DNA of 64,000 nt, from contig DAHVRZ010000001.1 of the NCBI GenBank assembly GCA_027324805.1, positions 2,945-66,944 of the forward strand. Reading direction: 5' to 3'. Under the pieces are notes generated by a model, which worked only from the letters and a program-made list of their open reading frames with translations, searched no databases and was not told the origin of the DNA. The position numbers and the translations under genes were made by a program. How positions within the stretch are numbered: the first letter of the stretch is position 1; the number at the start of each line of letters is the position of its first letter. Shown piece by piece: positions 47,774 through 57,611 of this stretch. The stretch comes from Candidatus Parcubacteria bacterium (GTDB taxonomy: Bacteria; Patescibacteriota; Minisyncoccia; UBA6257; 2-01-FULL-56-20).

Positions 47774-48430
47774 TTAGAACAGGCTCCCCTGCCGGATATC
47801 GCGGGCGCTGCCATTCTCCGTTTTTTCGAACGGCGCCGCAGTGACTTTTGATTCCACGGCCGGAGGCAGCTCGGTCGCCAGCTTCCCCGCAAGCACTGCG
47901 GGTATCTTTTTGAAATCTTCGCGAAGCACCTTCATCATTTCCGTTGAGCGAAGCGCCGCCGCAGGGTGATATACCGGAAACACGATACGACCATCGATCC
48001 GGAGCGGCCGTCCATGATCGCGCGTCATCTTGGCCGTCGGTACGAAATAGTTCATGGCAAAGCGCCCGAGAGTCACAATAAGTCCCGGCGCGATAATGGC
48101 GATCTGACGCGTAAGATAGGGTTGGTATGCTTCGATCTCCGCAGGGGACGGATCGCGATTCTCGGGCGGCCGGCGCTTCACAATATTCGTTATATACACA
48201 TCCTCGCGCTTCCATCCGAGTCCGCGGATCATGTCGTCGAGCAGCTGTCCGCCGCGTCCGACGAACGGACGCTTGAGCCGATCTTCGTTCGCCCCGGGCG
48301 CTTCGCCGATGAACATCACCGCACAGCTCACACTCCCTTCGCCGAATACGAGATTTGCCGGCCCTAAAGGAAGCGATGTGTCGCCGGCCATCTCTTCCTC
48401 AAGCGCCCCAAGCTCCGCAGCTTTATCCAT
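47774..48430 (-). CDS. Uracil-DNA glycosylase family 4
   Basis: GEAPG.NED...PFVG.GG, TNIVK.RPP.NR, YHPAA. Confidence 0.92.
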   Translation of the reverse strand: MDKAAELGALEEEMAGDTSLPLGPANLVFGEGSVSCAVMFIGEAPGANEDRLKRPFVGRGGQLLDDMIRGLGWKREDVYITNIVKRRPPENRDPSPAEIEAYQPYLTRQIAIIAPGLIVTLGRFAMNYFVPTAKMTRDHGRPLRIDGRIVFPVYHPAAALRSTEMMKVLREDFKKIPAVLAGKLATELPPAVESKVTAAPFEKTENGSARDIRQGSLF

Positions 48431-48473
48431 TCTTCTATTATAAGGAATCGTACCCCGCTTCAAAAGCGATCGG

Positions 48474-49145
48474 CTATTTGAATGCAGGCCGCCTGATCAC
48501 CTCTATCACCTTTCCATTCACAAAAAAGTCATCGTCCGCGCCCACATAGATCGGCGCAAAATCCTCCGTCGAATCGGATACAAGAACGATCTGATTGTGT
48601 GCGGCGTCTTTATGAAACCGCTTCACGTTGGCGGCTCCGTCGATCACCGACAAGACCACGTCACCGTCGTGCGGCGTACGATCGTCAGCATCCACTATGA
48701 GATAATCGCCGTTATTGATCGCCTCCCCGTGGACTTTCGCCTGGTTCATTGAAAAGCCGTCCGCGCGCACCGCGAAAAGTCCTTTATTATTCTGCCTGTG
48801 CACCAGCGAATTCGATACGCGGAGATATCCCGCCACATTTTCTTCGGCCAAAACCTCCGCCGGACCGCAGTTCGCCACGCCGACGATGGGAATCTGAAGA
48901 AGACGTTTCCCATTTTCCAAAAAGCCGCCTATCCAGCCCTCCTTCGGCTTTTCTATCGTGCCATTGACGCGATCGATCTTCAGGAGGCCCCTTTTTTCGA
49001 GCTGCTGGAGATGATGTTTTATCTTCTGCGCCGATCGGTCCCCCACAAGCTCTCCTATTTCCCGTAAAGAAAGGCTGGAAATATTGCGATTTTTTGCGAG
49101 GCGCAGGAGTTTTTCCTGTATGGGATGGAGTTTTTGGGTTTCCAT
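48474..49145 (-). CDS. lexA: LexA-like S24 repressor
   Basis: wHTH (SLREIG...HHLQQLEKRG), IPIVG.ANCG cleavage site, GFSM Ser, VKR Lys. Confidence 0.8.
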   Translation of the reverse strand: METQKLHPIQEKLLRLAKNRNISSLSLREIGELVGDRSAQKIKHHLQQLEKRGLLKIDRVNGTIEKPKEGWIGGFLENGKRLLQIPIVGVANCGPAEVLAEENVAGYLRVSNSLVHRQNNKGLFAVRADGFSMNQAKVHGEAINNGDYLIVDADDRTPHDGDVVLSVIDGAANVKRFHKDAAHNQIVLVSDSTEDFAPIYVGADDDFFVNGKVIEVIRRPAFK

Positions 49146-49174
49146 GATTTTGTGGGTTTTTAGTCCTTGCTTCG

Positions 49175-49247
49175 ATTATACCATAGCCTATGGGACATCT
49201 GTCAATAGTTCTTGACACTTGACAATCCCCAGTGACCCGAGTAGGAT
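49175..49247. promoter_or_regulatory. Divergent promoters with candidate LexA operator
   Basis: Minus: TTGACA-N19-TATAAT enclosing CCATAG-C-CTATGG; plus: TTGACA-N17-TAGGAT (49219-49247). Confidence 0.6.
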
Positions 49248-49331
49248 GGAGTGGTAAAGATCACTTCGGGCAATTCCTCGCGAACCATAAAGGTCGTTCA
49301 ACCACCAACCTCATACCCTCCCACTATCACC

Positions 49332-49430
49332 ATGAAGACCATTCGTATGGGCAATAACTTCATAACCTTCTGGTCATTCAAGAAAACAGACCCACAGCCC
49401 GCGCGCGGCTTCAGGTTCTTCTTCCTCTAG
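49332..49430 (+). CDS. Candidate 32-aa Phe-rich small protein
   Basis: MKTIRMGNNFITFWSFKKTDPQPARGFRFFFL*, between a promoter and a terminator. Confidence 0.45.
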   Translation: MKTIRMGNNFITFWSFKKTDPQPARGFRFFFL

Positions 49431-49457
49431 GACGGACTATGTCTTCATTTTTACGAT

Positions 49458-49490
49458 AAATACCGTCGGCCGTCCGACGGTATTTTCTTT
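49458..49490 (+). terminator. Terminator
   Basis: AAATACCGTCGG-CCGT-CCGACGGTATTT followed by T-rich tail. Confidence 0.75.
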
Positions 49491-49576
49491 GTCCTTGTTT
49501 TTTATCAATATAAATGTTATAATATTTCCAGAACTTCCTACCCTTTCTTTCCATAAAAAGACCACGAGGAGATAGT

Positions 49577-49942
49577 ATGCACCCATTTCCCGCCTTTCGG
49601 CGCACGTTCACCGCATGGAGACATCGCATTGCCCGCCTGCCCCGATCCCTCTCCGTAAGGTTCGAATGGGAGCTTTGTTACGGGGCATGGTCGCCCGGAC
49701 CCGGCGGACGGCGCAAACTATTCACTCACATCCTCCGCCATAGCCTTCGGGATCTCGCTCTCATGTGCGCGATCTCCGATGGATCGCTCCGCGAGGAAGC
49801 GCTCCGCATCTATCATCGCGAGATAGCTTTCTTTCGGAAAGCCCATCTGCCGTTCAAGCGGCGCTGGGAGGACCCAAGGGCATTCCTTCGGGCCATAGGA
49901 TACGACCCTCGCTCCGGAAAGCCGTTTACAGCGCACCGCTGA
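49577..49942 (+). CDS. Hypothetical basic protein (orphan, SD-led)
   Basis: TGTTATAAT upstream, GAGGAG SD, downstream hairpin. Confidence 0.6.
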   Translation: MHPFPAFRRTFTAWRHRIARLPRSLSVRFEWELCYGAWSPGPGGRRKLFTHILRHSLRDLALMCAISDGSLREEALRIYHREIAFFRKAHLPFKRRWEDPRAFLRAIGYDPRSGKPFTAHR

Positions 49943-50108
49943 TCGATTCTCCCGCGAGCACATTACCATCCGCCCCCGCGTTACCGCCGGGGCAATTTTT
50001 ATCCTTTTTTGGAGAGTATTGACAAAATACGTATAAAATGTATAATTATACTTAGATCGTTTAGATCTCATTTCAAGGCCTTAAAGGCCAGAAAGCGAGG
50101 GCCGCTCA

Positions 50109-50831
50109 ATGCAGCCCATTTTCCAAGCATGCAAGGCAGGAGTACAAGACGGCCGCGCTCGTTGCCGCAACGAGCAGGGCAAATGCTCAATTCACCACAG
50201 TATGAATTGGGCGCGGGCACCCCGCCCCGACGTTGTCCTTTTGAAGGTCAACGTCAACGAGAAGCGCGAACGCCGCCTCTCCGCAGCCGGCGTTCCGTAC
50301 CAGTCCCGTTCGTATGATCGGGCCTTACAGCTCGAACAGCAACGGGTGGCGAGTGCCCAATCCTTGGGGCGCAATGCGTATGCGGTGCGGGAACTCTCGC
50401 ATCGTGATTCACATCACACGCCCGAAGCCGCCGATACCGGCTGCCCAGTATTCGGCAAGAGCGGGCTCGCCGAGATGAACGTCGAGGCAGTAACCCTTGT
50501 GTGTGAACTCTTCAATGCGGGTTTCGTCCTCACCGGCGGACACCTTCTGAAAAGGGAGCACAAGCCGCCCGTACGGCTGGTGCTGGAATTCAGCAAGTCG
50601 TCCGCAAAACCGGAAGTTGGAAAATTTCCGTGGGGGGAGGTCGATTCGCTCCTTGCAACCACCTTCAACCAGGTGGATGTGTGGGCAAACGAACGCAGCG
50701 GCGATGGCAAGGTAGTTCACACCGTGAACTGCGGGAAACGCGATGACAACACCAAGCCCAAGACCCGTCTTCATTACGCCGACGGCGACTGGGATATTGA
50801 AGAGTTGCTCCCCGCGACCTCCGCGGTATAG
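50109..50831 (+). CDS. Hypothetical protein (orphan)
   Basis: TTGACA-N16-TATAAT (50019-50046), GAGGG SD, downstream hairpin. Confidence 0.7.
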   Translation: MQPIFQACKAGVQDGRARCRNEQGKCSIHHSMNWARAPRPDVVLLKVNVNEKRERRLSAAGVPYQSRSYDRALQLEQQRVASAQSLGRNAYAVRELSHRDSHHTPEAADTGCPVFGKSGLAEMNVEAVTLVCELFNAGFVLTGGHLLKREHKPPVRLVLEFSKSSAKPEVGKFPWGEVDSLLATTFNQVDVWANERSGDGKVVHTVNCGKRDDNTKPKTRLHYADGDWDIEELLPATSAV

Positions 50832-50924
50832 CCCTCGCTTTCAGATCACAGACAACCGGCCGGACATTGCTCACGCGATGCCCGGCCGTTCTTCTTTTTA
50901 TAATATTCCCGATCTCCGGGGTTT

Positions 50925-52364
50925 TTATTCGGCCCCCTCTCCTGCTTCTCTATCCGCCTCGCGACGATCGAGCACCGTTTTGAACCGCTCAAGCACCCCC
51001 GTAAGCGAACCCGTGCCGAGCATCTCCTTCACATCCACATTTTCGGTCGAAATGCCGGGGACCACGGGCAGGCCCGACGCCAACGAAAAGAGATTCATAA
51101 GGAAGCTGGTGGCATACGACCCCTTCGGCAAAAAGAATGATATCGCGCCCACGCGGCCTTCGAACGAAGCTTTGCCCATTGCTATCTTCTGCAATGTGGC
51201 GCAGCGCCGCGATTCCACGCGCACGAACGGAAAATCCTTCCATGAGCGCGTCGGGAGCACTACGCCGTCCTCTTCGAGAAATTCGGCGTAGGGCTTCCAA
51301 TCCGCCGGATTGAATGAGGTAAGGAATGACAGAGAAAGCGGCACTTCGCCGGATCCTATCAATGCCGAAAGTTTTTTATTGAACAGAAAACTATCATATG
51401 CATAGAACCATAGACGCACCTGGTCCTGCACTTCATGCAGCGCACCAAGGAAATCATCCGGCTTATCGATAAGATGCGCGACGAAGGACCTCTCAATGCC
51501 GAAGTGATACGGGAACCTGTCCACTATTTCCCAGATGCTTTTCCAATCACCCCATTTCTTTTCGATATCCCCGCGCAGCGCCGCAAAATACGGAAGTTCC
51601 CTTTCCGAACGGTGCGTCAGGAACATCTTTATAACCTCTTCGTATTTCCCCTGCACAAGCAACCGGCCGAGAATGTGCGATATGAGCCGCGGGGTTCCGA
51701 AGCGTTGAAGGTAGAAAAAATTCCAAAATCCTTCTTCTTTTGCTATCGCAACCTGCTCGTTCAGAAAATCTTTCACCGCCGCGCCGGGCGGCTCCGCGAA
51801 CCGAAGCGCGATCGTGAACTCGTTCCCCTTAAGATCGCCGTTCGCCACCACTCCCTTGCCGCGCCTCACCCCGTTCAGGAAAAAATTCTCCCGGTCGAGA
51901 CGGGAAAATGCGCCGGGATCCGCGAGGCCGCGGACACTGATCGCCTGCGAGGTGAGCGCGACACGATCTTTGACGCCGGCGAAGCCGATATTCTTTTCGT
52001 CGATCCCAAGCGCGTGCGCAAGCTCCGCCTTTGCCTCGAGCGTGGATATGCCCACCTTCACGAGATCCGCGTAATACGTGGCGCCGTCACCCTCCTGCAC
52101 CGACCCGCCCCCGGCGACATCTTCCAGACGCGCCTCATGAAGATTCCCTTCACGGTCGATCTCCTCCACCACGAAATCCTGCGGCATCAGTTTCAAATAC
52201 GCGACCGGTCTCCCCTGCGGAAGACCTTCGATGCCGACCGAGCGGAGGACCGCATCGTCATCCACCATGGGGGTCCGGATGAAATCCTTCGGAACGCGCA
52301 TACGCTCCGCTTCGAACAACATTCTTTCGCGGTCGCGGTCTTCTTGGGTGATCTGCATCGCCAT
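50925..52364 (-). CDS. truD: tRNA pseudouridine(13) synthase TruD
   Basis: PQDFVVEEI, FAGVKDRVALTSQ, GN.F.I, N.F..QRFG, FFLPKGSYAT. Confidence 0.9.
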   Translation of the reverse strand: MAMQITQEDRDRERMLFEAERMRVPKDFIRTPMVDDDAVLRSVGIEGLPQGRPVAYLKLMPQDFVVEEIDREGNLHEARLEDVAGGGSVQEGDGATYYADLVKVGISTLEAKAELAHALGIDEKNIGFAGVKDRVALTSQAISVRGLADPGAFSRLDRENFFLNGVRRGKGVVANGDLKGNEFTIALRFAEPPGAAVKDFLNEQVAIAKEEGFWNFFYLQRFGTPRLISHILGRLLVQGKYEEVIKMFLTHRSERELPYFAALRGDIEKKWGDWKSIWEIVDRFPYHFGIERSFVAHLIDKPDDFLGALHEVQDQVRLWFYAYDSFLFNKKLSALIGSGEVPLSLSFLTSFNPADWKPYAEFLEEDGVVLPTRSWKDFPFVRVESRRCATLQKIAMGKASFEGRVGAISFFLPKGSYATSFLMNLFSLASGLPVVPGISTENVDVKEMLGTGSLTGVLERFKTVLDRREADREAGEGAE

Positions 52365-52414
52365 TAAGGCAATTATGGCATATTTGTACTCCCGGCAGGA
52401 ATACTATGCATCCT

Positions 52415-52489
52415 TGGTGCTCCCGCGTGGAATCGAACCACGATCACCTCCTTCGGAGGGAGATATTCTATCCATTGAACTACGAGAGC
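52415..52489 (-). tRNA. tRNA-Arg(CCG), CCA encoded
   Basis: GCTCTCG/CGGGAGC acceptor stem, anticodon loop CTCCGAA, GGTTCGATTCC T-arm. Confidence 0.95.
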
Positions 52490-52496
52490 TCGCTCA

Positions 52497-53606
52497 TCAA
52501 TGTACTACAAAAATGACGATCTCGTAAACCGCGGCGGCGGCGAAGATGATCGCTATACCATCCAGGAGGACCTTCTCTCGCGGCGCGAGGATGAGCATCC
52601 GCCGGCCGACAGTTATGATGAGGAGATATTGCGCGCTTATGAACACGCCGCCTGCAACGCTCACGATCGCCAGAAAATTCGTAAATCCTGCGATCACCGC
52701 CGCAAGCGGAATAAATATGATTGCCGCACGGGAACCCAAAGTGTTCCATCCAAGGTCCTTTTCGAATACGTTCTTCAGTTCGCGGGCCATCGGGAGAGAC
52801 ACCACGCATGCCGCCGCGAGACCCAAAATCGCAATGATGTCCTTTCTCCATACGGGCCATCCCGCGATGCCCGAAATCGTATCGGCGGCAACCTGACCGG
52901 CACTGCCGATCGCGCCGAGGGCGAAAAGCCAATAGAGCAATGCGGCGAAGGCGGTTCCGCCGGCAAGCACCCAGAACATCGCGAAGGGGCGGGAAACATC
53001 CCTCCCGCGGACAACCTCATATACCTGTTCCACGCTTGTCCACCCTGCAAGAGCGAAAATCACCGCCCCAAACGGCAGGAAGAACTCCCGCGGCGCAGCG
53101 AAAGGAATGTTCGCAAGGGCAAGCTCGGGCCTTCCTGAAAAGAAGATGAAAAATATCGCACAAGCGATAAGTATGATGCCGCCGACCTCGAGCCAAGCGA
53201 TCCTGCCTCCGCTCCTCCACGCAAGGAAGGCCAGGACGGCCCAGAACGCAGCAAGCGCGGCAGCCGGGGGAATACCCGGGAAAAGGATCAACAGGAAATG
53301 CGCGCCGAGCACGAGATAGGCGACAAACCCGAGAAGCAGGCCTATCACGATCGCCGCGAGGCCGACAAAGAATCCGACTGCCCCGAGATGCCGACGCGCG
53401 AGACCAAGCAGACGTTCCTTTTCCCCTTCGGCGGCAAGCGTTCTCAGATATATAGTGTGCGCGACGGATATGGCAGCGATGAGTCCCACGAACCAGACAA
53501 GAGAAACGACCCATCCGGACCGTTGGATAATGTACGGCAGCGCGAAAACACCCTCCCCTATGGTCGCCGCCGCAACGATCGCCGCGATTTCGATCCTTTT
53601 ATCCAT
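52497..53606 (-). CDS. Aromatic amino acid (HAAAP-like) permease
   Basis: ATIGEGVFALPY, PFGAVIFALAG; about 11 TMs. Confidence 0.8.
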   Translation of the reverse strand: MDKRIEIAAIVAAATIGEGVFALPYIIQRSGWVVSLVWFVGLIAAISVAHTIYLRTLAAEGEKERLLGLARRHLGAVGFFVGLAAIVIGLLLGFVAYLVLGAHFLLILFPGIPPAAALAAFWAVLAFLAWRSGGRIAWLEVGGIILIACAIFFIFFSGRPELALANIPFAAPREFFLPFGAVIFALAGWTSVEQVYEVVRGRDVSRPFAMFWVLAGGTAFAALLYWLFALGAIGSAGQVAADTISGIAGWPVWRKDIIAILGLAAACVVSLPMARELKNVFEKDLGWNTLGSRAAIIFIPLAAVIAGFTNFLAIVSVAGGVFISAQYLLIITVGRRMLILAPREKVLLDGIAIIFAAAAVYEIVIFVVH

Positions 53607-53611
53607 CCGCC

Positions 53612-54268
53612 TTATCCGTTTGCCTTCTTCGCAGTCCGCAGTTTCGCCTCATCCACCACAACATCCTTCTCTTCCTCGTGCACGCGTGCGAGCACTTTGT
53701 CCACGAGCGACTTCGGATCGGGATCGAAAACCACCTTGCCCATACCCCGATGCGCGATCTTCAGGATATGTTCGATTTCATCGCTCTCTCCGCCGCTGCC
53801 GAGGAGCACGCCTTGCGGCTTCTTGTCCTCAAACGCAATCGTGAACTCGTTCAGCGTGCCGACGCGCCCGAATATGGTGATCACCGCGTCCGCGGCGCGG
53901 GTGAGGAGCAGGTTGCGGCCGGAATAATCAAATCCGGTATAAATAATAAGGTCGTGATATTCCACGGGGAGCCGATAGGTCTTCACGTGTGCGAGTTTCG
54001 ATACTGCCGGGGAAAGCCCTATCACGATGCCGCCTTCCTCTTTGGCACCCTTCGCGGCCCAAAACGGAATACCCGTCGTAGCTCCCGTCACGAGCACCGC
54101 ACCGCGTTTCGCCACCTGGCGCCCGACCTCCATTGCTTTCTCTATCGTCCCCGCGGGCGCAAAGGTCGTGTCCGCCGCTCCGGAGATGCACACTTTATAT
54201 TTAAGATAGGTCTTGCCGAGCTCCGAGAGAAGTTTTTTCTTTGATGTCGTCTGTTTTGTTTTCGCCAT
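53612..54268 (-). CDS. LOG family nucleotide-binding protein
   Basis: VTGATTG.P, GRNLL, GRVGTLNEF. Confidence 0.85.
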   Translation of the reverse strand: MAKTKQTTSKKKLLSELGKTYLKYKVCISGAADTTFAPAGTIEKAMEVGRQVAKRGAVLVTGATTGIPFWAAKGAKEEGGIVIGLSPAVSKLAHVKTYRLPVEYHDLIIYTGFDYSGRNLLLTRAADAVITIFGRVGTLNEFTIAFEDKKPQGVLLGSGGESDEIEHILKIAHRGMGKVVFDPDPKSLVDKVLARVHEEEKDVVVDEAKLRTAKKANG

Positions 54269-54323
54269 GTTTATTTTTTTGATTTTTTTATCGGAGTCGG
54301 GGATACGGCTGCGGGGGGACGTC

Positions 54324-55670
54324 TCACAGTTCAACTGTTTCTCCCTGTTTCGGCACCTCCGCCGAGACGCCCAGGATTTCGGTTATTTTTCCGGCGAGAG
54401 CGATGCTCGACGGCCCTTCGCCCTGCACCACCCATGCCTTCTTGAGACCCTTCATGGCGCCCACCCACTCGACAAGATGCGGCTGGTCGGCATGCGCGGA
54501 GTAGCCGGGAATATTCACGCGGTGCGCACGCACGGGAATCGTCTCGCCGAAAATGCGCACCTCCTGCATGCCCTCGAGGATCTGCCGTCCCATCGATCCG
54601 GTCGCTTGATATCCCACAAAAACAATCGTACTTTTCGGATCGGGAAGGTAGCGCATTTCGTGATGAAGAATACGGCCGCCGTTCGACATGCCCGAACCCG
54701 CAATGATGATCTTCGGCGGCTTCACGCCGTTGATTTCCTTTGACTGCTCCGTTGTCAGCGTCAGTGTAAGGCCGGGAAAATTCAAAATATCATCGCCCGT
54801 TATCTTTTCTTCTTCTTTGATCGCATTATTGAAATAATCCTCGTGCTTTTTATATACCTCGGTCACCTTGATGGCGAGAGGGCTGTCTATGTAAACAGGA
54901 ACCCTCGGAATTTCGTTTTTTTCGAAAAGCTCATGAAGCACATAGAGCAGGTCCTGGGTGCGCTCCATCGCAAACGAGGGGATCATAAGCGTACCGCCGT
55001 CGTGCACGGTGTCCACAATCGTCTTCCGCAGGATCTCCACGCGCTTCGGCACGTCGTCGTGCACACGGTCTCCATAAGTCGATTCGACAAGGCAATAATC
55101 GGCGGCGGGAACGGTTTCCGTCGCTTTGATGATCGGCGCCGGCGAGTTGCCGAGATCACCGGAGAATACGATCATTTTGCCCTCGGCCTCAACATGAATG
55201 ATTGCGGAGCCGAGAATATGCCCTGCATCGTACAGTTCGACAGTGAACGGCCCTATTGTAACTTTTTCGTGATAACCAAGGCCGTGCCAGTGCCGCATCA
55301 CGTTCTCGATATCCTCATTGTTATAGAGCGGCGGCCTCCCTTCGCGCTTCGCTTCATCGTTGAGGAGATGCTCGGAATCGACCAGCATGAGCTCGGCAAA
55401 ATCCTGTGTGGCGGTGGTGGAGTAGATCACGCCTTTAAACCCCGATTTTACGAGCGTCGGCAGGCGGCCAATATGATCAAGGTGTGCGTGCGTCGTGAAG
55501 ACCGCCTCGACCGAACCCGCTTCATACGGGAGCGGCTCGAAGTTTTCGCGTTCGGCATAGTGGCTCCCTTGATGGAGGCCGCAATCGATCATAATCCTCG
55601 TCGCGCCGGATTCGAGAATATAGTTTGCTCCCGTCGCTTCACTGCAGCCGCCATAAAAAGTGAGCTTCAT
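54324..55670 (-). CDS. MBL-fold beta-CASP ribonuclease
   Basis: DCGLHQG, THAHLDH.GRLP, AGHILGS, ESTYG, SAHAD. Confidence 0.92.
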   Translation of the reverse strand: MKLTFYGGCSEATGANYILESGATRIMIDCGLHQGSHYAERENFEPLPYEAGSVEAVFTTHAHLDHIGRLPTLVKSGFKGVIYSTTATQDFAELMLVDSEHLLNDEAKREGRPPLYNNEDIENVMRHWHGLGYHEKVTIGPFTVELYDAGHILGSAIIHVEAEGKMIVFSGDLGNSPAPIIKATETVPAADYCLVESTYGDRVHDDVPKRVEILRKTIVDTVHDGGTLMIPSFAMERTQDLLYVLHELFEKNEIPRVPVYIDSPLAIKVTEVYKKHEDYFNNAIKEEEKITGDDILNFPGLTLTLTTEQSKEINGVKPPKIIIAGSGMSNGGRILHHEMRYLPDPKSTIVFVGYQATGSMGRQILEGMQEVRIFGETIPVRAHRVNIPGYSAHADQPHLVEWVGAMKGLKKAWVVQGEGPSSIALAGKITEILGVSAEVPKQGETVEL

Positions 55671-55707
55671 ATGCTCATTATAAACCTCAAACCCCCGAAT
55701 GAGTAAG

Positions 55708-56229
55708 TCAGGCCCCCCTCAACAGCTCCCGATCCATAAGAGATCCCATATCCTTCATACGATCAAGGAATACCACGCCGTTCAGATGGTCCGTCTCGTG
55801 CTGTATAATCCGCGCGAGGAGTCCCTCCGCCCGCAGCGTGAATTTCTTCCCATCAAGTCCATACGCCGTCACTGTTACGATATAAGACCGCCGCACAGCC
55901 CCAAAAAGTCCGCCGTGCGACACGCTTCCGCACCCTTCGTAATCAATCGCTTGTTTCCGGGAAACCGCCACGATCCGCGGATTGACGAATACCCGCACAG
56001 GGTCCTCCGTTTTAGGGTTCCTGGTTCTTGTCTGCCGGATCTCCGTGACGAATATCCTCTTATTGATCCCTATCTGGGGCGCGGCCATCCCGACAAGGTT
56101 ATAGCTCCGCATGGAATCGATAAGGTCGCGTGCGATCTTCTTCGTCGACGGCGACGATGCCGATGCGAGCGCCACGGACCTCGCCCTGATCGCCGGATCC
56201 CCTATTTGCGTTGCTGGTTTGATCGCCAT
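55708..56229 (-). CDS. def: Peptide deformylase
   Basis: GMAAPQIG, EGCGS, QHETDHLNG. Confidence 0.93.
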   Translation of the reverse strand: MAIKPATQIGDPAIRARSVALASASSPSTKKIARDLIDSMRSYNLVGMAAPQIGINKRIFVTEIRQTRTRNPKTEDPVRVFVNPRIVAVSRKQAIDYEGCGSVSHGGLFGAVRRSYIVTVTAYGLDGKKFTLRAEGLLARIIQHETDHLNGVVFLDRMKDMGSLMDRELLRGA

Positions 56230-56248
56230 ATCCAAAAATCGTTTTTAT

Positions 56249-57565
56249 TCAGTGTCCGGCCATTTTTATCCGCATCGCATCTTCGAATGCCGACCGCTCG
56301 CTCCATGGCACCTTTCGGCCATTCGCCACATGGATCCATTCCTCGCTTCCCTTCCCCGTGCCGATGATCACATCACCCTCGCGGGCAAGATCGAACGCTT
56401 TATGCACCGCCTCCGCACGGTCCATGATCCGCAGGGTGTGCGCCATTTTCCCCGGGTCCTCGTCGCGTATGCCCTTTTCAACCTCGTTCACTATCTCCTC
56501 AGGGTCCTCGTCATATGGATCCTCGTCTGTGAGAATGATCTCATCGCACCACCGCGCCGCGACCGCGCCCATCGCCGGACGTTTCCATTTATCGCGCCCG
56601 CCGCCCGCCGATCCGAGGAGCGCGATGAGGCGCGGATGCGGGTGATCTTTGGTCGGTTTCGGCTTCACTGCGCGGTATGCCGCCTCGAGCGATTCCGGCG
56701 TGTGGGCGTAATCCACCACCGCCGTCCAGCCGTTCGCGCGGATAAATTCCATCCGTCCGGGTACGCCTTTGAAGTTGAGTATGGCTTTTTCGATCGTCGC
56801 GTCGTCTATGCCAAGCCTCCGCCCGATCGCCGCCGCAACGGCGATGTGCTCAATGTTAAAATCGCTCAAAATGAATGTTTCGGCCGCCGTACCTTTTCCG
56901 TTCAATGTTCTGCGCGCAGCCTCGATGCGCGGCAGGCAATCCTTAAGGAACTCGTCTTCTTTTGAATAGTTCACCGGAACGTTCGGGGGTGCCGCAAGCT
57001 CATTAAAGAAGAAGTTATATTCCCCGTCATCACGATTAAGGAACACCTCGCCGCCCCTCTTCAGGACATACTGCAGGAAGGAAAGTTTTGCCGCGCGATA
57101 TTTTTCATACGATCCATGCGACTCGATATGCTCCGGGTGGATGTTGGTGATCACTCCCATATGCCATTTGACGAACCGGTGGCGGTGCGCCGCGACGCCC
57201 TGCGACGTCACCTCAACGAGCGCATAATCGCACTTTATGCGCGCCGCTTTGTGGAGGAAATCTTGGATGTAGGCGCGGCCCGGCATCGAGTTGCCGGTGC
57301 GGTTCTTCGCGCTCCGATCCCCGATCTTTATGCGGAGCGATGAAAGAAGCGCTGTTTTTTTTCCGGCAGCCTCAAGAATCGCGTTTATGAGTTCGAGCGT
57401 CGTCGTCTTCCCTTTTGTTCCCGTCACGCCGATCGTCACCACCTCACTGCTTGGATGGCGGTACAGCGCGGCCCCCGTCCACGCCCAAAGGAAATGATAC
57501 GCGGACGATGCGCCGGGAAGGTTGTAGAAGAATTTTACAAGGCGGTGCTCTTTGAGATTCGGCAT
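56249..57565 (-). CDS. murE: MurE-like Mur ligase
   Basis: GVTGTKGKTTT, EVTSQG, PGRME, DYAHTP, GGGRDKWKRP.MG, TGKG.E. Confidence 0.85.
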   Translation of the reverse strand: MPNLKEHRLVKFFYNLPGASSAYHFLWAWTGAALYRHPSSEVVTIGVTGTKGKTTTLELINAILEAAGKKTALLSSLRIKIGDRSAKNRTGNSMPGRAYIQDFLHKAARIKCDYALVEVTSQGVAAHRHRFVKWHMGVITNIHPEHIESHGSYEKYRAAKLSFLQYVLKRGGEVFLNRDDGEYNFFFNELAAPPNVPVNYSKEDEFLKDCLPRIEAARRTLNGKGTAAETFILSDFNIEHIAVAAAIGRRLGIDDATIEKAILNFKGVPGRMEFIRANGWTAVVDYAHTPESLEAAYRAVKPKPTKDHPHPRLIALLGSAGGGRDKWKRPAMGAVAARWCDEIILTDEDPYDEDPEEIVNEVEKGIRDEDPGKMAHTLRIMDRAEAVHKAFDLAREGDVIIGTGKGSEEWIHVANGRKVPWSERSAFEDAMRIKMAGH

Positions 57566-57611
57566 TCTTGCCCGTATTTTAGACCTTATACAAAAATATT
57601 CCAACTTGGAT

